This document shows, piece after piece, positions 8,550-20,401 of a DNA stretch of 64,000 nucleotides. The notes under the pieces were generated by a model. The model worked only from the letters and a program-made list of their open reading frames with translations, had not been told where the DNA came from and made no database searches. Position 1 is the stretch's first letter. Every line of letters starts with the position of its first letter. The translations under genes were made by a program, and so were the position numbers. The DNA lies in the NCBI GenBank assembly GCA_038320885.1, contig JBBQER010000001.1:65931-129930 (forward strand). Direction: 5' to 3'. Origin of the DNA: Acidimicrobiia bacterium. GTDB taxonomy: Bacteria; Actinomycetota; Acidimicrobiia; IMCC26256; PALSA-610.

Positions 8550-11231
8550 TTACACAGATGGCTGATCAGCAGTCGCGCCAACCGGCTCCTTGGCCGCCGT
8601 TCCGCCGGCCTTCTTGGTCGCCTTCTTCGCGGCCTTCTTGGGCTTCTTCGGCGCCATCTCCGCACGCGCCCGCAAGAGGGCGATCGCCTCGGGCAGCGTC
8701 AATTCGGTTGGGTCCTGGCCGCGCGGCACGGTGGCATTCGTGGTGCCGTCGGTGACGTACGGACCGTAACGACCATCGAGCACGCGCACGGGCGCGCCGG
8801 AGTCGGGATGCTCGCCGAGCTCGGCGAGCGGCGGCTTCTGCTGACGGCCGCGCCGCGCTTTGGGCTGTGCGTACAACGCTTCGGCTTCGGCCAGCGTGAT
8901 CGTGAGCAATTGCTCCTCGGCGGCGAGACTGCGCGTCTCGCCGTCGGCACGCTTGAGATACGGACCGAAGCGGCCCGGTGACGCAAGAATCTCACGTTCC
9001 TCGCCATCGACACCGACGGAACGCGGCAGAGCCAATAGCTGCAGGGCTTCCTCGAGCGTGACCGTCTCCGGAGTTTGGCTCGCGAAGAGCGACGAGCGCT
9101 TCGGCTTCTTCTTCGTTCCCTCTTCTTGCTCGCCGAGCTGCACGTAGGGACCGAAGCGGCCGGTGAGCGCGTACACGGCAAGGCCGGTTTCGGGATCTGT
9201 GCCGAGCGCGACCGGACCCGCGGCCTGCTTGGCGATCAGGTCGAGCGCGACGTCGATCGTCAGCTCGTCGGGCGCGATGTCGGGCGGTAACGACGCGGTC
9301 TCGGCTTCCTCGCGCTGCACGTACGGGCCGTATCTCCCGACGCGCACGACGAGCTCGTGCCCGGTGTCGTCGGCGCCGATCGGAATCGTGCTCACGCCGC
9401 GCGGGTCGACCTTGGCGAGGTTCTCGTCGGAGACCAGCTGCCGCAATCCGGGTTGGCCGTTCCCGAAGTAGAAGGTGTGCAGCCACTTCTCGGCTTCGCC
9501 CTCGCCCCGCGCGATCACGTCGAGTGCTTCTTCCATTGTCGCCGTGAAGCCGTAGTCGACGAGGTGGCCGAAGTGCTGCTCGAGCAGATTGGTCACACCG
9601 AACGCGGTCCAGTTGGGCACGAGCGCGGTTCCCTTCTTCCACACGTAGCCGCGCGCCTGGATCGTCTCGATCACTGCGGCGTAGGTGGAGGGACGACCGA
9701 TGCCGCGCTCTTCGAGCTCCTTCACGAGACTGGCCTCGGTGTAGCGCGCGGGCGGCTTGGTCTCGTGCGAGACGGCAGCGAGCTCGTTGCACGCGACGCT
9801 CTCGCCTTCGGCGACGATGGGCAGGCGCGCTTCGTTTTCCTGCTCCTCGCCCTCGTCGACGTCTTCGACGTACACGCGGCGCCAGCCCAGGAAATCATAC
9901 GTCTTCCCGGCGGCGCGGAAGATCGCGCGTTCGTTCGCGGTCGAGGTTGCCGCGACGCGAAGCGTCGTCTTGCGGCCCCGCGCGTCGGACATCTGGCAGG
10001 CGACGGTGCGGATCCACACCAGCTCGTAGAGACGCTGCTCGTCGGCGTCGAGCTCGGAGCGGAGTTGATCGGGTGTGCGGATGCGATCGCCGGCGGGGCG
10101 GATCGCCTCGTGCGCCTCCTGCGCGTTCTTCACCTTGCTGCGATACGCGCGCGACTCCGCCGGCAAGTACTCCTCGCCGTACTGTTCACGGATCGCGGTG
10201 CGGGCTGCGGTAACCGCCTGCTCCGAGAGGTTCGTGCTGTCGGTACGCATGTAGGTGATGTACCCACGCTCATAGAGGCGCTGCGCGATCGACATGGTTC
10301 GAGCCGCACCGAATCGGAGCTTGCGGCTCGATTCCTGTTGGAGCGTCGAAGTCGTGAACGGCGCCCGCGGTCGCTCGGTGAACGGATCCGACTCGACCGA
10401 CGTGACCGCGAACGACGCGTCTTGCAACCGCGCCGCGAGCGCCGCGGCGGCGTCGGCGTCGAGCAGGACGACGTCACCGGCATCGCTCTTGGCCTGCGCG
10501 ATCTTTCCGGTGGCCGGATCGAAGTCGCGGCCCTCGGCCAGGCGCGTGTCGTCGAGCTCCACGAGCGCGGCCCGGAACGCTTGATCGTGCGCGACGAGCT
10601 CGGCTTCGAGATCGCTCCACTGACCGGCGCGGAATCGCATGCGGGCGCGCTCACGTTGCACGACCATGCGCACGGCGACGCTCTGCACGCGACCGGCCGA
10701 CGCGGCCTGGCCGCGACCGAACACTCGCCACAACACCGGCGAGGTCTCCCAGCCGACGAGGCGGTCGAGTATTCGCCGGCCTTCCTGGGCCTCGACGAGC
10801 TTCATGTCGAGATCACGCGGACTGTCGAGCGCCTCGCGGATGGCGTGCGGCGTGATCTCGTGGAACACCATTCGCCGAACGGGGACCTTCGGCTGCAGCA
10901 CTTCGAGCACGTGCCAGCCGATCGCCTCACCTTCGCGGTCCTCGTCGGTCGCGAGGATGAGCTCGTCGGCGTTCTTCAGCGCCGCTTTCAGCTCGGCGAC
11001 CACCTTCTTCTTCGACGCGTGCACGATGTAGACCGCGTCGAAGTGGTGGTCGGCGTCGATGCCCGCGAGCCGGCCGTGGGTCTCCTTCTTGTCGTCGGGG
11101 ACCTCGTCCTTGCTCCCGGGAAGATCTCGGATGTGTCCCACGCTCGCCAGGACTTTGTAGTCACTGCCGAGGTAGCCCGCGATCGTGCGCGCCTTGGCCG
11201 GCGACTCCACGATGACGAGAGGTTTTGCCAC
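8550..11231 (-). CDS. topA: DNA topoisomerase I
   Basis: Toprim start VAKPLVIVESPAKARTIAGYLG (GTG 11229-11231; the track ORF extends to 11285). Type IA core, and a Lys-rich C-terminal tail (KKPKKAAKKATKK) typical of actinobacterial TopA. Confidence 0.95.
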   Translation of the reverse strand: MAKPLVIVESPAKARTIAGYLGSDYKVLASVGHIRDLPGSKDEVPDDKKETHGRLAGIDADHHFDAVYIVHASKKKVVAELKAALKNADELILATDEDREGEAIGWHVLEVLQPKVPVRRMVFHEITPHAIREALDSPRDLDMKLVEAQEGRRILDRLVGWETSPVLWRVFGRGQAASAGRVQSVAVRMVVQRERARMRFRAGQWSDLEAELVAHDQAFRAALVELDDTRLAEGRDFDPATGKIAQAKSDAGDVVLLDADAAAALAARLQDASFAVTSVESDPFTERPRAPFTTSTLQQESSRKLRFGAARTMSIAQRLYERGYITYMRTDSTNLSEQAVTAARTAIREQYGEEYLPAESRAYRSKVKNAQEAHEAIRPAGDRIRTPDQLRSELDADEQRLYELVWIRTVACQMSDARGRKTTLRVAATSTANERAIFRAAGKTYDFLGWRRVYVEDVDEGEEQENEARLPIVAEGESVACNELAAVSHETKPPARYTEASLVKELEERGIGRPSTYAAVIETIQARGYVWKKGTALVPNWTAFGVTNLLEQHFGHLVDYGFTATMEEALDVIARGEGEAEKWLHTFYFGNGQPGLRQLVSDENLAKVDPRGVSTIPIGADDTGHELVVRVGRYGPYVQREEAETASLPPDIAPDELTIDVALDLIAKQAAGPVALGTDPETGLAVYALTGRFGPYVQLGEQEEGTKKKPKRSSLFASQTPETVTLEEALQLLALPRSVGVDGEEREILASPGRFGPYLKRADGETRSLAAEEQLLTITLAEAEALYAQPKARRGRQQKPPLAELGEHPDSGAPVRVLDGRYGPYVTDGTTNATVPRGQDPTELTLPEAIALLRARAEMAPKKPKKAAKKATKKAGGTAAKEPVGATADQPSV

Positions 11232-11434
11232 TGGTGCTCCGAGATCGGTGTGGGGCGGTGGGGCGGGCCGGCGGCGGCCGCCCAAGATTCTTGTCGGCAG
11301 GTTTGCTGTCGGCCGTCGGGTTGCGGACCGTAGCCCGCTCCTCTTTTCCGTAGTGCCACCCGGCGACCCGTCGTGTCAAACTGTGGTCACGACATCACCC
11401 TGAGTGCCGACATTCGCGTCTAGGGTGCCCCGCC

Positions 11435-12055
11435 ATGCTCGCGCTCAATTGGCTGAGTCCCCGGGACCTCATCGACAACTTCGCCACCTGGGGTTTGATC
11501 ATCGTCGTCTTCATCGAGTCCGGGCTCGTCCCGGTGCCCTTGCCCGGCGACTCGATCCTGTTCCTGGCCGGCGCATTCTGCGCGACCACGAAGCCGGCCG
11601 ACCCTCACCTGAACCTCGCCCAGGTGGTGATCGGCTCGTTCATCGCCGCGATCGCCGGCGCCCAGATCGGCTACGCACTCGGACGTCGCTACGGAATGCG
11701 ACTCTTCAAGCCCGATGCCCGGCTCTTCAAGACCGCATACCTCGAACAGGCTCAGGAGTTCTTCGACAAGCGCGGCCCGCGCTCGGTCGTACTGGCGCGC
11801 TTCATCCCGTTCGTGCGCACCATCGTTCCAATCCTCGCGGGCACAGGACGCATGCCGGCACGCAAGTTCGCGATCGCGAACGTCGTCGGCGCAGCGATTT
11901 GGGCGGTCGGTATCAGCCTGCTCGGATTCTGGCTGGGGAAGTCGATCAACATCGACAAGTACATCTACCCGATCGTCGCCGTGATCATCGTGCTGTCGTT
12001 GATCCCGCCGTTCCTCGAATACCGCAATCACCGCCGCGCCACGCGCGGCGGGTGA
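11435..12055 (+). CDS. DedA/SNARE-associated family membrane protein
   Basis: 206 aa. FIESGLVPVPLPGDSILFLAG and ARFIPFVRT motifs with several TM segments. Confidence 0.85.
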   Translation: MLALNWLSPRDLIDNFATWGLIIVVFIESGLVPVPLPGDSILFLAGAFCATTKPADPHLNLAQVVIGSFIAAIAGAQIGYALGRRYGMRLFKPDARLFKTAYLEQAQEFFDKRGPRSVVLARFIPFVRTIVPILAGTGRMPARKFAIANVVGAAIWAVGISLLGFWLGKSINIDKYIYPIVAVIIVLSLIPPFLEYRNHRRATRGG

Positions 12056-12065
12056 TCGCGAATCG

Positions 12066-14414
<2,349 letters not shown>

Positions 14415-14435
14415 GCTCGGGTCCTCACACTCGGG

Positions 14436-15110
14436 TCATGCGGATTTCTGAACGAACACCTGGTTGGCAACCGTCGCACCGAGGGTGCGGTCCTTGCCGT
14501 CGACGCGAAGCACCAGCGGTCCGTCGAAGGGGTGCTTCTCTTTGATCTCGACCCGTACGCCGGGACGAAGTCCGAGGGTGCCGAGGAACTCGACGATCTC
14601 GGGATCGGTGGAGCCTGGCACGGCGACGACCGCCATGTCGCCTGGCTCGAGCGTGTAGAGCGGCGGCATCTCGGGCATGTCCGCCGTCTCCTTCGCCGGG
14701 ATCGGGAAGCCGTGCGGGCAGGCCGCGGGCCGGTCGAGGGCGACGAACAGCCGGTCCTCCACCTCCTGCGGCAGCTCGTGCTCGAACTTGGTCGCCAGCC
14801 GGTCGGCTTCGTTCCACGCATAGCCGAGCATGTCGGCCAGGAACCGTTCGACGATGCGGTGGCGGCGGATGGCCGCGATCGCGAGCTGCCGGCCCGCGGT
14901 CGTGAGCTCGACCCCGTGGTACGGCTGATGGTCTACGAGCCCGCGATCGGCCAGCCGCTTGACGGTGGCGGTGACAGTGCCGGGCGCCAGGCCCAGGCGC
15001 TCGGCCAGGATCCCGGTGTGGGCGCCGTCCTTGGCCAACCGGTAGATGGCCTTGAGAGCCTCGCGGTCGCTTTTCGACAGACTGGCAAGCTGATCTTCGA
15101 TGGGCAACAA
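14436..15110 (-). CDS. DtxR/IdeR/MntR-family metal-dependent transcriptional regulator
   Basis: HTH (LAERLGLAPGTVTATVKRLADRGLV), dimerisation helix (RHRIVERFLADMLG) and a C-terminal FeoA/SH3-like domain. Start is TTG, so start position is uncertain. Confidence 0.85.
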   Translation of the reverse strand: MLPIEDQLASLSKSDREALKAIYRLAKDGAHTGILAERLGLAPGTVTATVKRLADRGLVDHQPYHGVELTTAGRQLAIAAIRRHRIVERFLADMLGYAWNEADRLATKFEHELPQEVEDRLFVALDRPAACPHGFPIPAKETADMPEMPPLYTLEPGDMAVVAVPGSTDPEIVEFLGTLGLRPGVRVEIKEKHPFDGPLVLRVDGKDRTLGATVANQVFVQKSA

Positions 15111-15178
15111 GTTAGATTTCGGCCACCCAAAAAAGCAAGTAGAAGCCCGTTACATCGGTGACCCCCACATCCTGTGGG

Positions 15179-15976
15179 TCAGGGACGCCTCGGCCGCACG
15201 AGGGCGACGGAGGTGTAGAGGGCCTCGAATCCGGCTCGCTCGATGTTGCGGGCCGACGAGGTGCCGGGAGTGGCGCCGGCCAGCGCGAGCTCGCATCCCG
15301 ATTCGCCGGCGAACGTCAACCGCCGGTCGAGGCAGGCCGCCTGCAGCCCGCGGCCCCGGTACTCCGCCCGGGTCAGCATTCCGCCCAGGTCGGCGAGACC
15401 GTCATGGATCGACAGCGAGCACACGGCCACGGGGACGCCGTCCATCGAGACGACGAAGTCGTGCTCGCCGGGCTTGGCGTGCCGGGCCTGCGTGAACCGG
15501 CGCTCGCGATCGGCGTCGTCGCTGTGCTCGATCCAGACTCCGGCCCACGTCTCGAAGTTCGACGAGTCGACCCGAGTGAACTCGAACGCGCCGGACAACC
15601 GGGAAGCTGGTCTCGACGCGATCGTGCGCGCGTACACGGTGCGGAACCAGTCGAGCCGGAAGCCGAGCTCGGCCGCGCGGGAACGCACCACGTCGTCGGC
15701 GTACGGGCACAGCTCGATCTCGGCATCACGTGAGTGCGACGCGTAGAAATCGACGATGAAGTCGACGTCCTCGGCCGATGCGGGTTCCGCGACGCCGACG
15801 CCCATCGCGCGGTTCACATGCATTCGCGGTCCCATGTAGATCACGCGTCCGCCGGCGCATTCGGCGACCTCGGCTCCGCACCCGGGCTCGAGCCACGCTC
15901 GCGTGATCGCGTACCCCGCGGCGTCACGCGCGAAGGACGTCTCGATCCGTGCAACCAACTCGTGATCCACGAGCAC
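15179..15976 (-). CDS. GNAT-family N-acetyltransferase
   Basis: C-terminal acetyl-CoA motif EYRGRGLQAACLDRRLTFA. The start was trimmed to GTG 15974-15976 so that it does not overlap the permease stop at 15982. Confidence 0.6.
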   Translation of the reverse strand: MLVDHELVARIETSFARDAAGYAITRAWLEPGCGAEVAECAGGRVIYMGPRMHVNRAMGVGVAEPASAEDVDFIVDFYASHSRDAEIELCPYADDVVRSRAAELGFRLDWFRTVYARTIASRPASRLSGAFEFTRVDSSNFETWAGVWIEHSDDADRERRFTQARHAKPGEHDFVVSMDGVPVAVCSLSIHDGLADLGGMLTRAEYRGRGLQAACLDRRLTFAGESGCELALAGATPGTSSARNIERAGFEALYTSVALVRPRRP

Positions 15977-15981
15977 TGGGC

Positions 15982-17844
15982 TCAGTCCTCGAGGTGATAC
16001 GGGACCGAGGTGACCACGGTGCCTTTTCGGAAGAGGAGGCGGCCCTTCAGGAACAGCGCGCTCTGGTTGTGCAGGAGCTGGCTCCACCACGTGCCCACGA
16101 CGAACTCCGGGAGCACTACGGTCACGATGCTGTTCTCGTAGCGGGCGTCGAGCTCGTCGATGAAGCGCAGGATCGGCCGCGTGAGCTCGCGGTAGGGCGA
16201 GTGGACGATCTCGAGGGGGACGTCGATCCTGCGCTCACTCCACTGGTGCTCGATGCGCTCCTGTTCCTCGTCGTCGGAGACGATGCTCACCGCGAGCAAG
16301 CGATTCGGTGAGAGCGACTTCGCGTAGGCGAGCGCCTCGAGAACACCGCGGTGCACGCCGCCGACGAGCACGACGACGGTGTGGTTCATTCGGCGCGGCT
16401 TGTAGTCGAGCGGAACCTTCAAGCCGGCGGCGACGCTCTTGTAGTGGTGACTGATCGCCTTGAACAGTGCGACGATGATCGGGATGATGATGATCGGGAT
16501 CCACGCGCCCTCACCGAACTTCGTATAGGCGAAGATGAGCGTGACGATTGCGGTGGCGATCGATCCGGCACCGTTGATCGCGACGCCGCGCTTCCAGTGC
16601 GGCTCACGAATCCGTTGATGGTGCTTGACCATTCCCAATTGCGACAACGTGAATGCCGTGAAGACACCCACCGCGTAGAGCGGGATCAACGAGTCGGTCT
16701 TCCCGCCGAACACGAAGATGAGCACCGCGGCCATCCCCGCGAGCACGAGCACGCCGTTCGAGAACACCAGGCGGTCGCCACGATTCGCGAGCTGGCGCGG
16801 GAGATAGCCGTCCCGGGCAATGATCGACGACAGTCGCGGGAAGTCGGCGTACGCGGTGTTCGCGGCCAGCGTGAGGATCGCCGCCGTCGCCAGTTGCAGG
16901 AACCAGAAGATGAAGTTGTTGCCGAACACCTGCTTGCCCATCTCCGAGAACACCGTGACCTTGTCACTCGGATAGGGGTGCAGGTGGTGCGCGAGGATCG
17001 AGACGCCCAAGAACAGCGTGCCGAGGATCGTCGCCATCCACGTCAGCGTCGTCGCCGCGTTCTTCGACTCCGGACGCCGGAAGGCAGGCACGCCGTTGGA
17101 GATCGCCTCCACGCCGGTGAGCGCGACCGCACCCGACGAGAAGCCGCGCAGCAAGATGTAGAGACCCAACGAGCCGCCAAACTGTTGCAGGTGCGAAACG
17201 GCCAGGTGCTTGTCGAACGGAATCGGTTTGATGCCACCGAACCAGTGGAAGTACGTGCGCGTCAGGCCGAGGAACACCATTGCGGTGAGGATGAGGATGT
17301 ACGCGTAGGTGGGAAACGCGAACAGTCGTCCCGATTCCTTCACGCCGCGCAGGTTCGCCAGCGTGATGAGCAGCACGATGGCCAGGCACACCGCGACTCG
17401 ATGCTTTTCGAGGCTCTGGAATTGTGGGATCGAGATGATCGCCGCGACGCCCGCGGAAACTGACACGGCGACCGTGAGGATGTAGTCGATCATCAGCGAA
17501 GCGCCCGCGACGAGCGCCGGATTCTCACCGAGGTTCTCGCGACTCACGATGTACGAGCCACCGCCGCTCGGGTACGCGAAGATCGTTTGCCGGTACGACG
17601 TCGTCACGAGCACCAACAGGATCGCGACCGCAACCGCGATCGGCACCAGCTTCGAGAGCCCGTGCGCGAGGCTCGAGCCCCCGACCGCGATGACGAAGAG
17701 GATCTGCTCGGTCGCGTACGCGGTCGACGAAATCGCGTCGGATGAGAACACCGCGAGCGCGACGACCTTCGAGATTCGCTGGTGCTCTTGTTCCGACGAT
17801 GCGATCGGCCGGCCGACGAGCAGCCGTTTCAGCGTGTTGAACAC
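15982..17844 (-). CDS. APC-superfamily permease with a C-terminal cytoplasmic domain
   Basis: 620 aa. N-terminus RISKVVALAVFSSDAISSTAYATEQILFV, about 12 TM segments, then a ~150-aa soluble tail. Lies adjacent to two trkA genes. Confidence 0.85.
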   Translation of the reverse strand: MFNTLKRLLVGRPIASSEQEHQRISKVVALAVFSSDAISSTAYATEQILFVIAVGGSSLAHGLSKLVPIAVAVAILLVLVTTSYRQTIFAYPSGGGSYIVSRENLGENPALVAGASLMIDYILTVAVSVSAGVAAIISIPQFQSLEKHRVAVCLAIVLLITLANLRGVKESGRLFAFPTYAYILILTAMVFLGLTRTYFHWFGGIKPIPFDKHLAVSHLQQFGGSLGLYILLRGFSSGAVALTGVEAISNGVPAFRRPESKNAATTLTWMATILGTLFLGVSILAHHLHPYPSDKVTVFSEMGKQVFGNNFIFWFLQLATAAILTLAANTAYADFPRLSSIIARDGYLPRQLANRGDRLVFSNGVLVLAGMAAVLIFVFGGKTDSLIPLYAVGVFTAFTLSQLGMVKHHQRIREPHWKRGVAINGAGSIATAIVTLIFAYTKFGEGAWIPIIIIPIIVALFKAISHHYKSVAAGLKVPLDYKPRRMNHTVVVLVGGVHRGVLEALAYAKSLSPNRLLAVSIVSDDEEQERIEHQWSERRIDVPLEIVHSPYRELTRPILRFIDELDARYENSIVTVVLPEFVVGTWWSQLLHNQSALFLKGRLLFRKGTVVTSVPYHLED

Positions 17845-18057
17845 GAGGCGTTACGACTCCGCGGGCCGGCCGGTGGTGGTCGCTGCGCCGAGGCGGACGG
17901 GGCGCGAGCAGCGATCAGCATGCCACTCTCCGGTGACGGAACGCCGCTTCGGCGAGACAATCGCGTCACATTGCCTTTGCCTGACGCCCTCAGTTGTGCG
18001 TTCGGACAGGGTCTCGTCGTAGCATCCCGCTCTTCGTCGTCGGACCAGGGGGCCGAG

Positions 18058-18717
18058 GTGCACGTCGTCGTCATCGGTTGCGGCCGGGTGGGCAGCGAGC
18101 TGGCGGGCGCGCTCGAGCTGGCGGATCACACCGTGGCGGTGGTCGACAAGAACGTCCGCGCCTTCCGGCGGCTGCCCTCCGACTTCGGCGGGCGCACGGT
18201 CGTGGGCTTCGGGTTCGATCGCGACCACCTCGATCAAGCGGGCATCAACGAGGCGGCCGCCTTCGCGTCGGTGACGAGCGGCGACAACTCCAACATCCTG
18301 TGCGCACGGATCGCCCGCGAGACCTACGGGATCGAGCGCGTGGTCGCCCGCATCTACGACCCCCGCCGCGCGCTCATCTACCAACGGCTCGGCATCCCCA
18401 CCGTCGCAACCGTCGCGTGGACCACCGATCAGGTGCTCCGGCGCTTGGTCCCGGGCGAGGTGAGCAACGTCTGGGTCGACCCGACCGGGCGCATCGGTCT
18501 GGTCGAGCGGCAGATCCCGGCCAAGGCGGTCGGCAAGAAGCTCGCGCTGCTCAACCGGCCGGGGCGCTTCTGGCTCACCGCGGTCACCCGCTTCGGCCAG
18601 GCGCAGATCGTCACCGGCGACATGGTGGGGCAGGAAGGCGACGTCCTCGTGTTCGTGTCGGAGATCAGCGCCACGGACGAGTTGCAGGCGCACATCGAGT
18701 CCGGAGGGGAAGGCTGA
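18058..18717 (+). CDS. trkA: TrkA-family K+ transport regulatory protein (CeoB-like)
   Basis: GTG start at 18058. VVVIGCGRVGSELAG Rossmann (TrkA-N) domain followed by a TrkA-C domain. Confidence 0.88.
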   Translation: MHVVVIGCGRVGSELAGALELADHTVAVVDKNVRAFRRLPSDFGGRTVVGFGFDRDHLDQAGINEAAAFASVTSGDNSNILCARIARETYGIERVVARIYDPRRALIYQRLGIPTVATVAWTTDQVLRRLVPGEVSNVWVDPTGRIGLVERQIPAKAVGKKLALLNRPGRFWLTAVTRFGQAQIVTGDMVGQEGDVLVFVSEISATDELQAHIESGGEG

Positions 18718-19379
18718 TGCGCGTCGCGATCGCCGGAGCCGGCAACGTCGGGCTCTTCATCGCCAACGACCTCGTGGGCGCCGGCCACGAGGTGCAGCTC
18801 ATCGAGCAGAACCCGCTGATCGTGGAGCGCGGCGGGGCGGCCGACGGCGTGGAGTGGCTCCTCGCCGACGCGTGCGAGGTGGCCTCGCTGCGCAAAGCCG
18901 GCCTCGAGCGCTGCGACGTGGTCGTCGCGGCGACCGGCGACGACGAGGACAATCTCGTCATTTCCCTGCTCTCGAAGCAGGAGTTCGGTGTTCCACGGGT
19001 GGTCGCGCGCGTGAACCACCCCAAGAACGAGTGGCTCTTCAACCAGAACTGGGGCGTCGACCTCTCGGTGTCGACCCCGCACCTCATCACCGCGCTCGTC
19101 GAAGAGGCGGTCTCGGTCGGTCGCCTCGTGCGCATCCTCCAGTTCGAAGGCGGCAACGTCGGACTCGTCGAAGTGACGCTCGCCGAGGACTCACCCGTCG
19201 TGGATCACGCGATCAAGGACCTCGAGATCCCGCGCGACGCGACGATCGTCGCGGTGGTGCGTAGCGAACACGTCGTGATGCCCCGCGGCGACACGATCTT
19301 CGAAGCCGGCGACGAGGTGCTCGCCATGGTCACCCACGACTCCGAAGACGACGTCCGAAAGATCCTCACCGGCGGGTAG
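18717..19379 (+). CDS. trkA: TrkA-family K+ transport regulatory protein (CeoC-like)
   Basis: MRVAIAGAGNVGLFIANDL Rossmann domain plus a TrkA-C domain. The TGATG junction shares 1 nt with the preceding gene. Confidence 0.9.
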   Translation: MRVAIAGAGNVGLFIANDLVGAGHEVQLIEQNPLIVERGGAADGVEWLLADACEVASLRKAGLERCDVVVAATGDDEDNLVISLLSKQEFGVPRVVARVNHPKNEWLFNQNWGVDLSVSTPHLITALVEEAVSVGRLVRILQFEGGNVGLVEVTLAEDSPVVDHAIKDLEIPRDATIVAVVRSEHVVMPRGDTIFEAGDEVLAMVTHDSEDDVRKILTGG

Positions 19380-19412
19380 TCCCGACCCGCGGTCCGACTC
19401 GCGCGCTCACCC

Positions 19413-19937
19413 TCAGTTCAGGTGAACGCGTTGCCAGGTCGCCTTCGCGCCGCTGTCACCGATCTGGAAGAGCCGGACGTTCGTGCCCGTGGCGACGACG
19501 ACCGTCAACGCGATCACAGCGGCCCGGATCGGCACCCGCGTCGGCGATGAGGCGGCATGCGGGAACGGCCATGATCCCCGTTCCCGGCGATCGACCAGCA
19601 TGACCGCGAGCGCGATGAGGAAGAGGAGCAGGATCAACGGGCGAATGCTGGAGGCGATCTGCACATGGCGACGGAGCGCCGCCGATTGGCGAACGCTGTG
19701 GCGCAACGCCTCACCGCTCCCGATCGCCAGTTGCGCGCTGAGCCCGGCCAATATCGCAGCCCCGAGAACGAGCCAGCCGTATCGCTCGCGTGCCCGCGCC
19801 CAGCACGCCATGAGGATCGCTCCGATGCCGACCAGCGGGATCAACACGACCGGCAGGTGCACGAACAAGGGATGGGCGGGAAGACCGAAGAGCTTCGAGA
19901 TGCCGCCGAGCGTAGGGACGGCAAGCGAAGGGATCAC
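19413..19937 (-). CDS. Integral membrane protein (DUF2231-like HP..VH.P motif)
   Basis: The C-terminal 174 aa of track ORF 19413..20276 contain four hydrophobic segments and LPAHPLFVHLPVVLIPL. GTG start at 19937 is inferred. Confidence 0.55.
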   Translation of the reverse strand: MIPSLAVPTLGGISKLFGLPAHPLFVHLPVVLIPLVGIGAILMACWARARERYGWLVLGAAILAGLSAQLAIGSGEALRHSVRQSAALRRHVQIASSIRPLILLLFLIALAVMLVDRRERGSWPFPHAASSPTRVPIRAAVIALTVVVATGTNVRLFQIGDSGAKATWQRVHLN

Positions 19938-19996
19938 CCCGGGCCCGGTAAGAATCTCAGAAGAACAGGCGCGGGACGCGGCACGCGCCTCGACGG

Positions 19997-20347
19997 TTAC
20001 TCGAGTTGGTACATGGGGTTGTACATGACCTGGGTACCGGCGTCCTTGGTGACCACGCCTTCGAGGTAGACGCGGCGTCCGGGGGAGATGCCGAGGATCT
20101 TGCGCCGGCCGAGGAATACCGCGGTCAGCGTGCCGTGACCGTCGGTGATCGTCGCTTCGAGCGCATCGGCGCCGGCCCTGGGAACGATCCGGATCGACCG
20201 CACTTCGCCGGCCACCCGAACCGGCTTGCGCGGTTCGACGGCGTCGAGCGCCGGAGAGCCCGTGGTCGTGCACCATGCTTCCAGGTGCTCACGATCGATC
20301 TGCTCGACCGGCTTGGTCAGCCGATCGACGAATTTCCTCAGTGCCAC
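19997..20347 (-). CDS. OB-fold nucleic-acid-binding domain protein
   Basis: Last 116 aa of track ORF 19997..21076. GTG at 20345-20347 is preceded by AAAGGGA. The pattern VRVAGEVRSIRIVPRAG...TITDGHGTLTAVFLGRR resembles the small OB protein found beside trkA in mycobacteria. Confidence 0.7.
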   Translation of the reverse strand: MALRKFVDRLTKPVEQIDREHLEAWCTTTGSPALDAVEPRKPVRVAGEVRSIRIVPRAGADALEATITDGHGTLTAVFLGRRKILGISPGRRVYLEGVVTKDAGTQVMYNPMYQLE

Positions 20348-20401
20348 GGCAAAAATCCCTTTCGCTGACGCAAGACTAGGTGAGCGGGATGCCAAGCTGG
20401 A

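Noticed and set aside
7257-8981. 574-aa plus-strand ORF, and the N-terminal two-thirds of minus-strand ORF 6544..8457
   Set aside because: Both are off-frame or antisense to the MFS transporter, which has clear TM periodicity and high GC3. Only the tmk portion (6544-7146) of the 637-aa ORF carries real motifs.
9357-11333. 658-aa plus-strand ORF
   Set aside because: It is antisense to topA, which is unambiguous. The product is Arg/Gly/Leu-rich with no recognisable domain.
15111-15178. Hairpin CCCACA-gga-TGTGGG plus a T-run downstream of the GNAT gene as a terminator, or an IdeR/MntR box upstream of the DtxR-family gene
   Set aside because: The stem is only 6 bp and the T-run lies about 30 nt away. 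There is no match to the TTAGGTTAGCCTAACCTAA-type iron box.
17845-18057. Possible c-di-AMP (ydaO-type) or other riboswitch in the 213-bp region upstream of trkA
   Set aside because: I could not find the pseudo-twofold ACGGGG/CCCA-type conserved cores or a convincing fold by eye. A covariance-model scan (Rfam) would be needed, and nothing supports it at present.
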